A stretch of 64,000 nt of DNA from the human T2T-CHM13v2.0 reference genome, Homo sapiens: NCBI RefSeq assembly GCF_009914755.1, contig NC_060926.1; one strand, given 5' to 3'. Both the position numbers and the translations under genes were made by a program. The notes beneath the pieces are model-generated. The model made no database searches. It had not been told where the DNA came from and saw only the letters and a program-made list of their open reading frames with translations. Of the stretch, positions 26,297 to 41,340 are shown piece by piece; position 1 is the stretch's first letter; each line of letters starts with the position of its first letter.

Positions 26297-28578
26297 TGAC
26301 ATGGGTTGGCTGTGTCCTCACTCAAATCTCATCTTGAATTGTAACTCCCACAATTCCCTCGTGTTGTGAGAGGAACACAGTGGGAGGTGATTGAATTATG
26401 GGGGCAGGTCTTTTCTGCATGTTCTCATGATAGTGAATGAGTCTCATGAGGTCTGATAATTCTAAAAATGGGAGTTTCCCTGCACAAGCCCTCTTTGCCT
26501 GCTGCCATCCACATAAGATGTGACTTGCTCCTCCTTGCCTTCTGCCATGATTATGAGGCCTCCCCCACCACTGGAACTGTAAGTTTAATAAACACTTTTT
26601 CCTGTATAAATTACCCAGTCTCAGGTGTGTCTTTATCAGCAGTATGAATACGGACTAATACAGTAAATTGTTACCAGTAGAGCGAAGTGCTGCTGAAAAG
26701 ATATCTGAGAATGTGGAAGCAACTTTGGAACTGGGTAACAGGCAGAGGTTGGAACAGTTTGGAAGGCTCAGAAGAAGACAGGAAAATGTGGGAAAGTTTG
26801 GAACTCCCTAGAGACTTGTTGAATGACTTTGACCAAAATGCTGATAATAACATGGACAATGAAATCCAGGCTGAGGTGGTTTCAGGTGGAGATGAGGAAC
26901 TTGTTGGGAATTGGAGCAAAGGTGACTCTTGTGTTATTTTAGCAAAGAGACTGGGGACATTTTGCCCTGCCCTAGAGATTGGTGGAACTTTGAACTTGAG
27001 GGAGATGATTTAGGGTATCTGGTGGAAGAAATTTCTAAGCAGCAAAGCATTGAAGAGGTGACTTGGGTACTGTTAAAGGCATTCAGTGCCAAAAGAGAAA
27101 CAGAGCATAAAAGTTTGGAAAATTCACAGCCTGACAATGCAATAGAAAAGAAAATCCCATTTTCTGAGAAGAAATCCAGCTGGCTGCAGAAATTTGCATA
27201 AGTAACAAGAAGCCAAATGTTAATCACCAAGACAACAGGGAAAATGTCTCCAGGGCATGTCAGAGACCTATGCAGCAGTCCCTCCTATCACAGACCCTGA
27301 GGTCTAGAAGGAAAACGTGGTTTTGTGGGACTGGCCCAGGGTCTCCCTGCTATGTGCAGCCTAGAGTCTTGGTGCCCTGCATCCCAGCTGCTCTAGCTGT
27401 AGCTGAAAGGGGCCAATGTAGGGCTCAGGTTGTTGCTTCAGAGGGTGCAAGCCTCAAGCCTTGGCAGCTTCCACATGATGTTGAGTCTGTGAGTGCACAG
27501 AAGTCAAGAATTGAGGTTTGGGAACCTCCGCTTAGATTTCAGATGTATGTTTGCTGTAGGGGCGAGGTCCTCATGGAGAACCTCTGCTAGGGCAGTGTGG
27601 AAGAGAAATGTGGGGTCAGAGCCTCCCCCACCCCCACAGAGTCCCTACTGGGGCACCACCTAGTGGAGCTGTGAGAAGAGGGCCACTGTCTTCCAGACCC
27701 CACTGTCCACGGACAGCTTGCACTGTGCACCTGGAAAAGCCGCAGACACTCAATGCCAGCCCATGAAAGCAGCCAGGAGGGAGGCTGTACCTGGCAAAGC
27801 CACAGGGGAAGAGGTGTCCAAGACCATAGGAACCCACCTCTTGCATCAGTGTGACCTGGATGTGAGACATGGAGTCAAAGGAGACCATATTGGAACTTGA
27901 AGATTTGACTGCCCTGCTGGATTTCAGACTTGCATGGGGCCTGTAGCCCCTTTGTTTTGGCCAATTTCTCCAGTTTGGAATGGCAGTATTTACCCAGTGG
28001 CTGTACCCTCATTGTATATAGGAAATAACTAACTTGCTTTTGATTTTACAGGCTCATAGGTGGAGGGGATTTGCCCTGTCTCAGATGAGACTTTGGACTG
28101 TGGACTTTTGAGTTAGTGCTGAAATGAGTTAAGGTTTTGGGGGACTGTTGGGAAGGCATGATTGGTTTTGAAATGTGAGGACATGAGATTTAGGAAGAAC
28201 CAGGAGCAGAATGATATAGTTTGGCTGTGTCCCCACCCAAATCTCATCTTGAATTGTAACTCCTACAATTCCCACGTGTTGTGGGAGGAACCCAGTGGGA
28301 GGTGATTGAATTATGGGAGCGGGTCTTTCCTGCACTGTTCTCATGTCAGTGAATGAGTCTCACAAGATCTGATGGTTTTAAAAATGGGAGTTTCCCTGCA
28401 CAAGCCCCCTTTGCCTGCTGCCATCCACATAAGGTGTGACTTGCTCCTCCTTGCTTTCTGTCATGATTATGAGGCCTCTCCAGCCACTGGAACTGTAAGT
28501 CCAATAAACCCTTTTCCCTACATAAATTACCCAGTCTCAGGTATGTCTGTATCAGCAGCATGAAAATGGACTAATAAA
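26297..28578 (+). mobile_element. Full-length THE1 MaLR (LTR 26297-26662, internal region, LTR 28212-28578)
   Basis: Two similar LTRs; THE1-int motifs (gtggaagcaactttggaactgggtaacaggcagagg); TSD agaga. Confidence 0.95.
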
Positions 28579-28756
28579 AGAGACCAGCCAATTAAAGTCT
28601 CAATGACTGTAAGTGAAGTACTTCAAACACTTGATGCAAAAAGGACCTGAGAGATTCCTCAGATTTAGCAAGAATAGTCTTGTGTTTGTCCATACCAAAC
28701 CATCAACACAGAGAAGTAGTATTTATCTTTCAAAGTGTTGGCTATTTGCTCTAGAA

Positions 28757-28937
28757 CAGATGTTGGCAGACTTTTTTTTTTTTTTTTTGTAAGGGACCAT
28801 GTAGTAAGTATTTTCAACATACACACCGTAAGGCCTCTGGTGCATTTATTTAACTCTTCTGTGGTGGTGGTGTAGGAGTCGTAGACAATAAGTAAATTAG
28901 TGGTGTGACTGTATCTCAATAAAACTTTATTAACAAA
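28757..28937 (+). mobile_element. MER58A 5' part (split by L1)
   Basis: gttggcagac..gtaagggacc..caataaaactttat. Confidence 0.7.
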
Positions 28938-29417
28938 GAGATGCCAACAAGATGGTGGAATAGGACTCTTTAACACTCCTACACCTACAGAAACATCAAG
29001 TCAAACAACTTTCCACACACAAAAATACCTTCACAAGAGCTATGGAGACCAGGTGAGAGATTACAGCATCCCCATGTAGCAGAGAAATAAGAAATAAGAA
29101 AAGACACATGGAACTGTGTAGGAAGGACAGTGTGACATTACTCACATCACCCAACTCCAGGCAGCATAGAGTGGAGAGAGATACCCACTAAGTAGGAGAA
29201 TGAGAGGGAAGTGAGCACCAGCCTTTGCCTCAGACCTCAAAACCAGGCCCCTCCAAGTAAAACCCCCACAGCCCCAGACTCTAGGCCAGTACCCACGAAC
29301 GGAGCCTCCAGGCACCCTCCAGAACCTGGCAGGATCCCCCAGCCCCAGGCTTTAGGCCTATGTCACAGACTCAGTGTTTGGGCCTCTGCATTACCAGGCT
29401 GACCCTAACGGCCACAG

Positions 29418-29779
29418 CAGTGATCCCCAACCTTTTTGGCACCAGGGACTGGTTTTGTGAAAAATAATTTTTTCATGGAAGGTCAAGGGGAGGTGGGGCT
29501 TAGGGGTGTGGTGGGAAATGGTTTCAGGATGAAACTGTTCCACCTCAAATCATCAGGCATTAGATTCTCATGAAGAGTGCGCAATCTAGATCCCTCGCAT
29601 ATGCAGTTCGTGATAGGGTTTGTGCTCTTCTAAGAATCAAATGTTGCTGCTGATCTGACAGGAGGCAGAGCTCAGGCGATAATGCTTGCTTGCCTGCCAC
29701 TCACCTCCTGTTGCATGGCCTGGTTCCTAACAGGTCACCAATTGGTATGGGTCCATGGCTCTGGGGTTGGGGATCCCTG
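29418..29779 (+). mobile_element. MER1B hAT element
   Basis: TIRs cagtgatccccaacc / ggttggggatccctg; 8-bp TSD ggccacag/gcccacag. Confidence 0.9.
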
Positions 29780-30816
29780 GCCCACAGCACTAGGCTGGCG
29801 CCTATGGCCCCAGGCTTCAGGTCTGCTCCAGTAGACCCTAGTGGCAGGCTGGACCCCATGGAGTGAGGTTCCAAGACCACTCCTGCAAGATCCAGGCTGC
29901 AGGCCTAGACCTATCCCCAGGGACTCAAGCTCCAGGCCTTTCCCATCACTGGGCCAACCTTTGTGAACTCAAGCTCTAGGCCTACCCCGGTGGATGCATG
30001 TGCCAGGGCCATTCCAGTGCCTGACCAGCCCCTGCAGACTCAGGCTCAAGGCCCACCAGCTCCAGGTCAGCCCCTGTGGACCTAGGGTTCAGCAAGTCCC
30101 CTTGAATATAGGCTGCAGGCCCATCTTCGTATACCCAGGCTCCAAACCCATCCACACAAACCTAATCATCAGGTTCACCCCAGTGGATCCTGGCCTCTGG
30201 CCCATCCTTATGGACCCAGGCTCAAGGCCTACCTGTCTGCTGATTCAGGCACAGGCCAGCCAGCCCCTAAACGCTAGCAGCAAGGCCTCCCTCAAACCAC
30301 GCCATGTGCATATCCACAGGCAAAATAATGAAATTAGACCCTTATCTCACACCATAGACAAAACTAAACTCAAAATGGATTAATGATTAAAATGTAAGAC
30401 CTAAAACTGTAAAACTACTTGAAGTAAACAAAAGCATTGTTACTTGAAGTAACAATGTTTTTTTTTTTTATATGAACCCAAGAGCATAGGTAACAAAAGC
30501 AAAAATAGACAAATAGAATTACATCAAACTAAAAAGCTTCTGCACCGCCAAGGAAACAATCAACAGAGTGAAGAGACAACATATGGAGTGGGAGAACATA
30601 TTTGCAGATCATGCGTCTAATGGGGTTAATACCCAAAATATATAAAGAACTCAAACAATTCAATAGTAAGAAAACAAATAACCCAATTTAAAAATTGACA
30701 AATAATATAAATAGACATTTGTCAAAATAAGACATACAAATGGACAACAAGTATATGAACAAAAAATGCTTAACATTCCTAATAATCAGAGAAATGCATT
30801 AAAACCACAATGATGT

Positions 30817-31143
<327 letters not shown>

Positions 31144-31358
31144 AAACCACAATGATGTATCATCTCACACCTGTTAGAATGGCTATTATCAAAAAGACAA
31201 AAGATAGCAAGTGTTGGAGAGGATGTGGAGAAATTAGAACCCTTGTACACAGTTGTTGGGAATGTACAGCTATTATGGAAAACAGTATGGAGGTTCCTCA
31301 AAAAATTAAAAATAGAATTACCATATAATCCAAAAATCTTACTACTGGGTGTGTATCC

Positions 31359-31804
31359 TCAGAAAGGAAGATAAAAACTCAGAACCCTATTTCACTCTGC
31401 CAAAAGGAAAAAAAAATATTAAGCTGAAAGCTGAGTCATGCAAGAAGCTGCCTTTCCTTTTGTTCCTAAGCCAACAGCTGCAGAGAAAAGGTTATATATC
31501 TCCACAGGTAGCTACTCTATGTTCACCTTATCTTATGTAAAGTGCTGAGTGCAAGAAATACACAATTGACTATTCTCCCACCTACTCCTTTTCTCTTGCA
31601 ACACATGGATTATTGTACCCTCTCTCTTTCCCCTCCAGCCTGCTTTTCCCCTTTAAATATTGAAGCCCTCAAAATCATCTTTGGAGAAAGGCACAGACCA
31701 CAGACTGTTTGATTCCATGTTCTTTTCTTCTAGGCATGTCCTTAACCTTGTCAAAATAAATTTGTAAACTGATAGAGATCTGTTTCATATACTTTTCGTT
31801 CACA
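31359..31804 (+). mobile_element. MER4-group ERV1 solo LTR
   Basis: aagctgaaagctgagtcatgcaag; AATAAA near the CA end; 4-bp TSD atcc. Confidence 0.8.
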
Positions 31805-32450
31805 ATCCAAAGGGTATGAAATAAGTATGTCAAAGAGATACCTGCAATTCCATGTTTATTACAGTATTATTCATGATAGCTAAGAAATGGAATTACCCTA
31901 AGTGTCTATCAGTGAATGAATGGATAAAGAAAATGTGGTATGTATACTTAATGGAATACTACTCAGCCTTAAAGAAAGAAGGAAATACTCTCACTTGGGG
32001 CAACATGGATGAACCTGGAGGATATTAAGTATAAATAAGCCAGGCATAGAAAGGCAAACACCACTTAATTTTGCTGATGTGTAGAGTTTTAAAACGTTAA
32101 ATTCATGTAAGTAGGGATTAGAATGGTGGTTACCAGGGGCTGAGAATGAGGGTGGGGTTGAGAAGATGTTGGTCAAAGGACACAAAATTTTAGTTACAAA
32201 GAAGGAATAAGTTCAAGAAATCTATTGTAGAAGATGATGACTGTAGTTAATAACAATGTGTCGTATTCCTGAAAATTGCTAAGAAAGTAAATTTCAAGAG
32301 TTCTCACTACCAAAAAAAACCCAACAATGTGAGGTAATGTGTATATTAATAGCTTAATTTAGCCTTTCCACAATGTAGACATATATCAAAACAGCACGTT
32401 GTACATGATGAATAAGTACGATTTTTATTTACCAATTTAAAAAACAAATA

Positions 32451-32520
32451 AATACTCTATTTACAAAACAGGCAGTGGCCCAGATTTGGTTCAAGGACTG
32501 TATTTTGCCAGCTGCTTTTC
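32451..32520 (+). mobile_element. MER58A 3' part
   Basis: tatttacaaaacaggcagtggcccagatttgg. Confidence 0.7.
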
Positions 32521-32579
32521 TAGAAAATCAAGGATATGAAATCATAAGATTTCATTTTCCCAATTAATCCATTAGTTGG

Positions 32580-33230
32580 CAGGTGACATGGCCGGGAGGA
32601 GATTGCTTGGCATTTGTAACTGGAAGACCTGAGTTCAGGCTCAGATTTCATCGCTTTATAATCCTGGACAAGCATTTAACCTTTCAACAACCATGCACAT
32701 TTCTTCACTTACAATATGTATTCCAGCTACTTCATGGGGTTGCTGTAAAACCTTAGGGAGAAATATTAGTCAAAGTACTTTGTAAACTAAAGCATTATGT
32801 AAGTAGATAAAGTTGTTGTTATTAACAGGTGATAAGTGGGCAGAAAAATTCTCAGGAAGGCATCTAAAATGGTAGCAATAAAAAGCATGTGCATTTGTGA
32901 AATCGCTAAACAGTCACTTTTATAATTAAGGGATCCTCTGTCTTTGTATAAAAAGGAACAAGGATATTGTTCAGTCACCACGAAGTCACAGGGCTAAAAA
33001 TGGGTATAAATAGTGTGAAGACAGTGCAAGAAAGGCTGGGACACTGGACCCCTGGGTGGATTATTCTTGGCTCCACTATTTACTAGCTGTATGACTCAGT
33101 TGCATCATTCAAGTTAGCCTTCCCAGAAGAAAATAATACTCTTTACCCCTCAGAGATGCTGTCGGAATTAATGAATCCACCTAATGTGCTTAGGAGAGAT
33201 TCTGGCAGACCGGAAATATTAAGTAAATAT
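32580..33230 (+). mobile_element. Two MIR fragments (~32580-32830, ~33010-33230)
   Basis: gacctgagttc; ctccactatttactagctgtatgac. Confidence 0.55.
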
Positions 33231-33630
33231 CAACTCTTTTTTTAATTGAAGTGATTCATGAAGTCACATAAATTAGGAGTGGAAGATTCCACAGAAGTCA
33301 TTTAGTGCACCACCCTCCACCTCTGTGATATCATGGCTCTGTGTTCACTCTGCCTCTGTTTGAACAATTTCTTTATGAGGAAGCTCATTACTTCATACAG
33401 AACTTCTCAGTACAGATAATCTATTCACTATTTCACTTGTTAATATAGGAAAGTTGTTTCCTCAAAGAAAAAATAAACCTCTCAACCCAAGAAAGCTTAC
33501 TGAAAAACAAAATAAGAAAGAAAAAAAGAAAGCAATAGATGGGGTATATTACCTCCTTTCACTCTTCCTACACATTTCTAAGCCTGAGTAAAACAATGGG
33601 CAGTGTCTTGTCACCTTAAGAAATGATGCC

Positions 33631-34477
33631 AGAATGGCTGAACTAATTTATATTCCCACCAACAGTGTACAAGTGTTCCTATTTCTCCACAGACTCACCA
33701 GCATCTGTTGTTTCCTGGCTTTTTAATAATTGCCATTTGACTGGTGTGAAATGGTATCTCCTTGTGATTTTGATTTGCATTTCTCTGATGACCGGTGTTG
33801 ATAAGCTTTTTTTCTATGTTTTTTGGCCGCATAAATATCTTCTTTTGACAAGTGTCTGTTCATATCCTTTGCCCACTTTTTGATGGTCATCTAGGATCTA
33901 GAACCAGAAATACCATTTGACCCAGCAATCCCATTACTGAGTATATACCCAAAGGATTATAAATCATGCTACTATAAAGACACATGCACACGTATGTTTA
34001 TTGCAGCACTATTCACAATAGCAAAGACTTGGAACCAACCCAAATGCCCATCAGTGATAGACTGGATAAAGAAAATGTGGCACATATACACCATGGAATA
34101 TTATGCAGCCATGAAATAAATGAGATCATGTCCTTTGCTGGGACATGGATGAAGCTGGAAGCCATCATTCTCAGCAAACTAACACAGGAACAGAAAACCA
34201 AACACCACATGTTCTCACTCATAAGTGGGAGTGGAACAATGAGAACATATGGACACAGGGAGGGGGATATCACACACTGGGGCCTGTTGTGGGGTGCAGG
34301 GCAAGGGGAGGGAGGGCATTAGGACAAATATCTACTGGATGCGGGTTTTAAACCCAGATGACGGGTTGATATGGGCAGCAAACCACCATGGCACACGTAT
34401 ACCTATGTAACAAACCTGCACGTTCTACACATGTACCACCCAGAACTTAAAGTAAAAAAGAAGAAGAAAAAAAAAAA
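33631..34477 (+). mobile_element. L1PA7/8-like, 5'-truncated with 5' inversion (33631-33885 inverted)
   Basis: Poly-A tail; 13-bp TSD aagaaatgatgcc at a TT/AAGA site. Confidence 0.95.
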
Positions 34478-36429
34478 AAGAAATGATGCCTACTAGAGGA
34501 GGCTTCTAGAATGCAATGGTGTTTAAAAAACCTTCTGTCATCTGCCTCTCAAAGGAATGACTGGAAAATCCAAGCCCATTTCATCTTTCATAGGCAGTGC
34601 ATGTTCATAATGGCCTCTTGACATTAATAATTAGTATTAAAAAGTTATATTCCAAATATTACTATAGTTAATAATGGTTATATCAACAGTAGAACATGAC
34701 TACAAACCGAAAGGTCATCTCTGCACAACTGAAAATCGCTAAGTCTAAAGGCTGCATAAATTTTTCCTATAATTATTAACAAACTAAGAAAATAGATCCA
34801 TTCACTTCATGTTTTTATACATTTATATATAAATATTGTTTATTATAAATGGTATAAGTTTTGTTTTGTTTTCAAACAAATGATGTGATGTAAATTTTCA
34901 TGCACCACAGGAATCCATTAATTTTTTATCATCTTAAATGTCCTGTGGAGCTTTGTCTTAGGCCATCTCTGAAATGTTCACCATTGATTAATTTTGAGAA
35001 GTGCTTTCATATGCTAAAAACCCAAGTGAACTTTCCCTAAGCAAATTAATTTCCCCTTTTGTTTCCAGGCACATGAACAAGGCTTGAGTCCAGTGTGTTT
35101 TGGCCATTCCTTGTTCTTTAGATCAAAGCGATCTCTGCTTAGGTGAAGAATGAGAAAGGGCTGGATTGAACAGAGAAAAAATGCATCTTTGCAGACAAAT
35201 TTACCAAAGGAAGAAAAATAGTCAATAAAATTGAGTTGTCATAAGAGTGGTTTGAAGCCTGTGGCATTGATTGATGAATTTCCTTTGCTGTTACTGAGAT
35301 AAACCAAAAATACACCTCTAGTTCTTTCACCTCTTAGGTAATTCAACAGAATGTGTTTCACAGACTAAGTGCCAGAACAGCAGCGATCTGCTGAGTTAAC
35401 AGAACACCATGCTGAAGGTCAGTGTAAAATGTATACATAAAGGCAGAAAAATCATGCTGTTCTCATTAATTAAGCAAAATATCACTTTCTTCTGACACTG
35501 CACTGTGAAGAACAATGAATAAGCATTTGGAAAGGGTCTTAAAATTTTGAGCTCACATAGTAAAGTCACTTGGGAATTTGTAGTAATAAATATCACTGTT
35601 AACTTTAATGTCAGGTTTATTTTTGTTTGCCTGTACCTACCTCACATGACTTATCGTTATTAGACAAGAATTGCAGTAAATTTTCTTTGATACAGATATA
35701 TTCATCCATGGATTTCTGGTTGAAAATATGTAAACATTCTGATGACTTCAAGGATATAGGACTAAGCTCTCTTGTAGGCCAATGACATGATTATGTTGGA
35801 AAAAACGAACAGCATCAATAGACAATTTGGTCTTCTGTCCAGTTGGTACTACAGAGAATGACTCAATTTTAGCTATTCAACATTTAACACCCTTTGACAA
35901 TTCTCCTTTAATGTCTAAGTAGCTTTTAGCTGACAATTGTATTACAGGTCAACACATGTCATATTAAGGGCAACATTTTACAAACAATTTATTTCATGGG
36001 CTTATCTTGAAATTGCATTTTTAAAGTTAAACAATCAATACTGTTGAAAAAGGCTTTTAATGGCTTCTCTGCACATTAAGTGACCTCCGTTACAGGTTTT
36101 CAGATTAAGACTAACAAAAGCACCTTTTGAAGTTGGACTCCATGTATTATAAGGAACCCTGAGTTTTTTTTTTCTGAGAGAAAATCTTGCCTCTTTTCAC
36201 AAATACTCACTTGTCAACTTTATGCAAAAGTGAGATGTTCTTCCTCATTGACATTAGATGCCTTAACTTTCATGAAAGAGGTCAGCCATATCCTCAATGA
36301 GGCTAAATGCTAAAGGATATTACACTACCTCTAACAGAAGACATGAAACTGTGGACTCTATGTTTACAAACCCTGCCTCAGTTATAAACCCAAACATCTC
36401 CAAAGGCCAGGCATGTAATATAAAGTGAA

Positions 36430-38915
36430 AAGAACTGGAAATGGAGAAAGTAGTGAGTTTCAGGTCTGGAGTGACAGTATGAAGAGCTCTTAGGACAAGC
36501 TTCCCAGTGAAACAACAAAAAAAAATTGGCAAAAATTATGAAAACAAGTATTATAATTATCTAGAAATTTCACTAAGGGCATATAGAAAATGAAGAAATA
36601 TTTATTCAAGAAAATCTACTAAAACTCCGCTAGAAGAGATAGTCTGTGAAAGTTAAACCACAACCCACTCCCTTCTTTCCCCTGCCTCCCCTCTTCCCAG
36701 CACAACTTGACAGAAGCTCCATTTGGGCATCTAAGAAGGTGGTGCTTTCTCTCCCCTCAGCTCCCAACCAAGAATTACTGTATCTCACTGGGAAGCAGAG
36801 GCTACTCACATTTCTCATCCCTTTTAGCTCCAAATTGAAGATACTAAATTCTCAATGAGTGAAGCCAAGAAGCTGGGGACTCCTTTTTTTCATATAGGTC
36901 CTACCGATAAGATTGAGGTACCACCCTAGATATTTCAGGATAAGAATGCCATGACCACCCTCACTCAAATTTGCTCGAGGGAAGAGGTTCCACACTAAGA
37001 AAGTCAAACCGGACCTCGGAGGATACCAGTCTACCTCATGACCAGAGTAGTGGTTCAGAGAGTTTGCCCAGGAGGAAAGATAGTCTGTGAAAGAGATCTC
37101 TGAAGCTCTCCTCAAAGGAACTAAGTGTATTTGAAACGGAGTCTGGGAAAGTTCAAGCCTAAGGGTTCTCTCAAAAACAATAGCCCCAGTTAATTAAGAG
37201 CAGCAAATTAAGCCATTGGCCAGCTAGTGCCCTAAAGAGAACCAGGGAATGAAACAGCTAAGAAGAGCCCTCAGGGGGTCAGAACAAAACTCAAAGGCTA
37301 GCTCCAAAAGTAACCCTTGCTGAAATTTAATTGGATCAGACTGCTGAGCAATTTATAGCCCAGGGCATTGTTGAAAACAATGATAGCACAATCACCTGGC
37401 AAATAGTGAGGTCAAACATTCAGGGGCATAATACCAAATGAACTAGACAGCCAAAAAAGAAAGATGGAGGAAAGACAGTCAAAGAGACCCATGCTAAGAC
37501 CAGTGTCATCCTAGGTGGTTGTACAAAGTTTCAAGGCTATGTCCTCTGAGGAATGATACCAAAGGCTTCACACTGCATTGGGGAAATAGACTTCACTAAA
37601 ATAACCTAGCCAAATTACAAAGCAAATGAAAAATTAAGGAACAACAAAACAAGGCCTAGAGAGAACGGAATGGAGTCAGTACCCAGAGTTGTTAGATAAA
37701 GACAATATGTTATCTAAGATGTTCAGTTTTTAATCAAAAAAAATTATGAGACATGCAAAGAAATAAGAACATGTAACCCATATGCAAGAAAAAATAGCAG
37801 GCAACAGAAGCTGACTGTGAGATGTCAGCTTTAACAGACAAGGACTTCAAAATAGCTGCTACAAATATGTTCAAAGAACTAAAGGAAATGGTGCTTAAAG
37901 AAAAAAAGGTAAGTATGAGGGCGATGTTTCATCAGATAAAGAATGTATAAATAAAAAGAGAGAAATTATTTAAAAGAGCCATATGAAAATTCTGGAATTG
38001 AAAAGTATAATAAAATGAAAAATTTAATAGGAGAGCTCAACAGTAGATTTGAACTGGCAGAAGAAATAATCAGTGAACTTAAAGAGAGATTGATAGGGAT
38101 ATGCAACCTGTAAAACAGAGAAAAAATAGAATGAACAGAGACTTTGAGAAATGTGGCATACTTTAAGTTCACCAACTACATACAATGGGAATATCAGAGA
38201 GAGAGGAGAAAGAGAGAGGAGCGGCAAATATTTGAAAGAAATAATATCTAAAACCTACAGACTTACTGAAAAATGCATAGTTTTCTTTTCTCAGCTGTTT
38301 CAAAAAGCAATATTTTAAAAAGAATATGCATAAGTTGTATTCTTAGACCTATAACATACACATTTCTATTGTACATTTCATATTACATTTCTATGTAATA
38401 CATTTGACAAAAACATCACAAAGAAAGGGGATAGAACTGAGTTGTACTGCAGTGAAGAAAATGAGACCAGGTAAAATAAAATCACAAGAAAAGTGAGAGA
38501 GACCCACAAATTGTAAATATAAAAAATTCTGTAAATATATACTTCCTCTCTATTCTTTTCTTGGATTCTTTAATAGGCATAAAATTATAATAATGTACTG
38601 TTGAATTTGGAATATATATAGATGTAGTATTAATAACATTAAAAACACATAAATGAGAAGTAACATTTCTATCTTTCTAGAAATAAGTTTATATATATCT
38701 AAAGTGTTATGTATACCATGTATTTTGGGGTGTTAAATTGTAAATGGTAAGTATTACAGCAACCACTAAGAAAATATTTTAAAAATACAGTAAAAATTGC
38801 TCTAGAAACTAAAATGTTACACTAGAAAATATTCACTTCACACAAAAGAAAGAAGTTAAGCAGGAGTACAGGAACAAACATAATACGAGACATATAAAAA
38901 TCAAGAAGTACTAAG
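36430..38915 (+). mobile_element. Old L1M (MC/MD-like) 5'UTR, ORF1 and inter-ORF region
   Basis: aaatatgttcaaagaactaaagga, gagctcaacagtagatttgaactggcagaagaa. Confidence 0.75.
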
Positions 38916-41340
38916 CAATATAGTTTGGATGTTTATCCTCTCCAAATCTCATGGTGAAATGTAATTTCCAATGTTGGAGAAGGAGCCTTGTTGGAGGTGT
39001 TTGGGTCATGGAGGTGAATCCCTCATGAATGGCTTAGCACCATCTACTTAGTGATGAGTGAGTTCTCAGTTTATATGAGATCTGGTTGTTTAAAAGAGCA
39101 TGGCACCTCCCTCTTCTCTCTTGCCATGTGATGCACTGGCTCTCTTTTACCTTCTGCCATGATTGTAAGCTTCTTAAGGCCTCACCAGAAGCTGAGCATA
39201 TACCAGGGCCATGCTTCCTGTACAGCCTATAGAAATATGATCCAATTAAAACCTCTCTTCTTTATAAATTACCTAGTCTCAAGTATTCTTTTATGGCAAC
39301 ACAAATGGACTGACACAGAAAATTGGCACTAAGGAGTGGGGCATTGCTATAAAGATACCTAAAAATGTGAAAGCATTTTTGGAACTGGGTAATGGGAACA
39401 GGTGGGAAAAGTTGAGAGGGCTCAGAAGAAGACAGGAAAATGAGTTTGGAAAGTTTGCAAGTTCTTAGACAATTGTTGAGTGGTTGTGACCAAAATACTG
39501 ATAGAAATATGGACAGAGAAGCCCAGGCTGAGGAGGCCTCAGATGCAAATAAGAAAGTTATTGGGAAATGGAGCAAAGGTCACACTTGTTATGCCCTAGC
39601 AAAGAACTTGGCTGCATTGTGTCCATGCTCTAGGGACTTGTGAAAGTATGAACTTAAGAGTGATGATGTAGGGTATCTGACAGAAGAAATTTGTGAGGAG
39701 CAAAGTGTTCAAGTGGCAGCATGACTGCTTCTAACAGCCTACAGTTAGATGCAGGGGCAAAGGAATGACTTAAAGTTGAAACTCATATTTAAAAGGGAAG
39801 CAGAGCAGAAAAGTTTGGAAAATTTGCAGACTGACCCAGTGGTACAGAAAGAATCCAAGCAGGCTGTGGAAGAACCACCTGCTAAAGAGATTAGCATGAC
39901 AAAAAGGAAGCCAAATGCTAATATCCAAGGAAAAAATGCCTTGAAGCAATTTTAGAAATCTTTGAGGAAGCTCTTCCCATCACAGGCCCAGAGGCCTAGG
40001 AGGAAAGAAAGGCTTCAGGGGCAGGCACAGGGCACCACTGCCCTGCTCAGCCTTAGAATACTGCTCCCTACATCCCTGCCTCTCTGCACCAGCCACATCA
40101 AAGGGCCCCAGGGACATCTCTGGTTGCTGCTTTGGAGAATGTAAGCTGCTGTAAGCCTTGGCAGCTTCCATGTTGTGTTAAGTCTGCAGGTGCACAGAAT
40201 GCAACAGTGAAGGAGGGTTGCCATCTTCCACCTAGATTCCAGAGGATGTATGGGAAAGCCTGGGTACCCAGAGGCAGAAGGCCTTACCAGAAGCACCCAG
40301 AGAAACTCTACTTGTGAAGTGCTGAAGGGAAATGTGGGATTGAAGTCACCATACAGAGTCCCCACCAAGGAACTGCCTAATGGAACTGTGGGAAGGGGGT
40401 TGCTGTCCTCCAGACTCAAGAATGGTAGAGTCGCCAGCGTCTTGTAACCTCAGCATGGAAAAACTGTAGGCACTCAACTATAACCTGTGAGAGTAGCCAT
40501 GGGGGCTGCACCCTGCAAAGCCACAGGAGTGGAGCTGCCAAAGGCCATAAGAGCCCACCCCTTGCAGCAGGACATAAAATCAAGGATTATGTTGGAATCT
40601 TAAGACTTAATGCCTGCCTTGCTGGGATTCAGACTTACATGAGGCCTATTACCCCCTTCTTTTGGACAATTTCTCCTTTTTGGCGTAGGAATGTTTACCC
40701 AATGTCTGTACCTCCATTGTATCTTGGAAGTAAATAACTTGTTTTTGATTTTACAGGCTCATAGCTGGAAACAACTTGGCCTTGAGTCTCAGAAGAGACT
40801 TTGGACACTGGACTTCGAGTTGATGCTGAAATGAGTTGAGACTTTTGGGGACTATTGGAAAGTGATGATTGCATTTTTCAATGTGAGAAGGATATGAGAT
40901 TTTGGGGGCTAGGGGCAGAATGATATAGTTTGGATGTTTATCCCTTCCAAATCTCATGTTGAAATGTAATTCCCAGTGTTGGAGGTAGAGTGTTGTGGGA
41001 GGTGTTTTGGTTTGGGGGCAGATTCTTCATCAATGGCTTAGTGCCAACTCCTTGATGATGAGTGAGTTCAAGTTCTCACTCAGTTCATGTGAGATCTTTT
41101 TTTTTTTCAAAGGATGAGCACCCCCTAGCTTGTTCTGTCTCTTATCATGCAATGTGCTGGCTTCCTCTTTGCCTTCTGCCATGATTGTAAGCTATCTGAG
41201 GCCTCACCTGAAGGGGAGCAGATGCCAGCACCATGCTTCCTATTTAGCCTGCAGAACTGTGAGCCAATTAAATCTCTCTTCTTGATAAATTACCCAGTCT
41301 CAGGTATTCCTTTATAATGACAGAAGAGCAGACTAATACA
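38916..41340 (+). mobile_element. Full-length MST MaLR (LTR 38916-39317, internal region, LTR 40921-41340)
   Basis: Paired LTRs tagtttggatgtttatcc...; MaLR internal motifs. Confidence 0.92.

Noticed and set aside
26671-27900. ORF cluster resembling a gene
   Set aside because: Fragments of the THE1 internal region; the same applies to MST at 39.3-40.4 kb.
29260-30260. GC-rich repeated motifs suggesting a CpG island or CRISPR-like array
   Set aside because: CpG-depleted, irregularly spaced and degenerate; consistent with an old L1 5'UTR.
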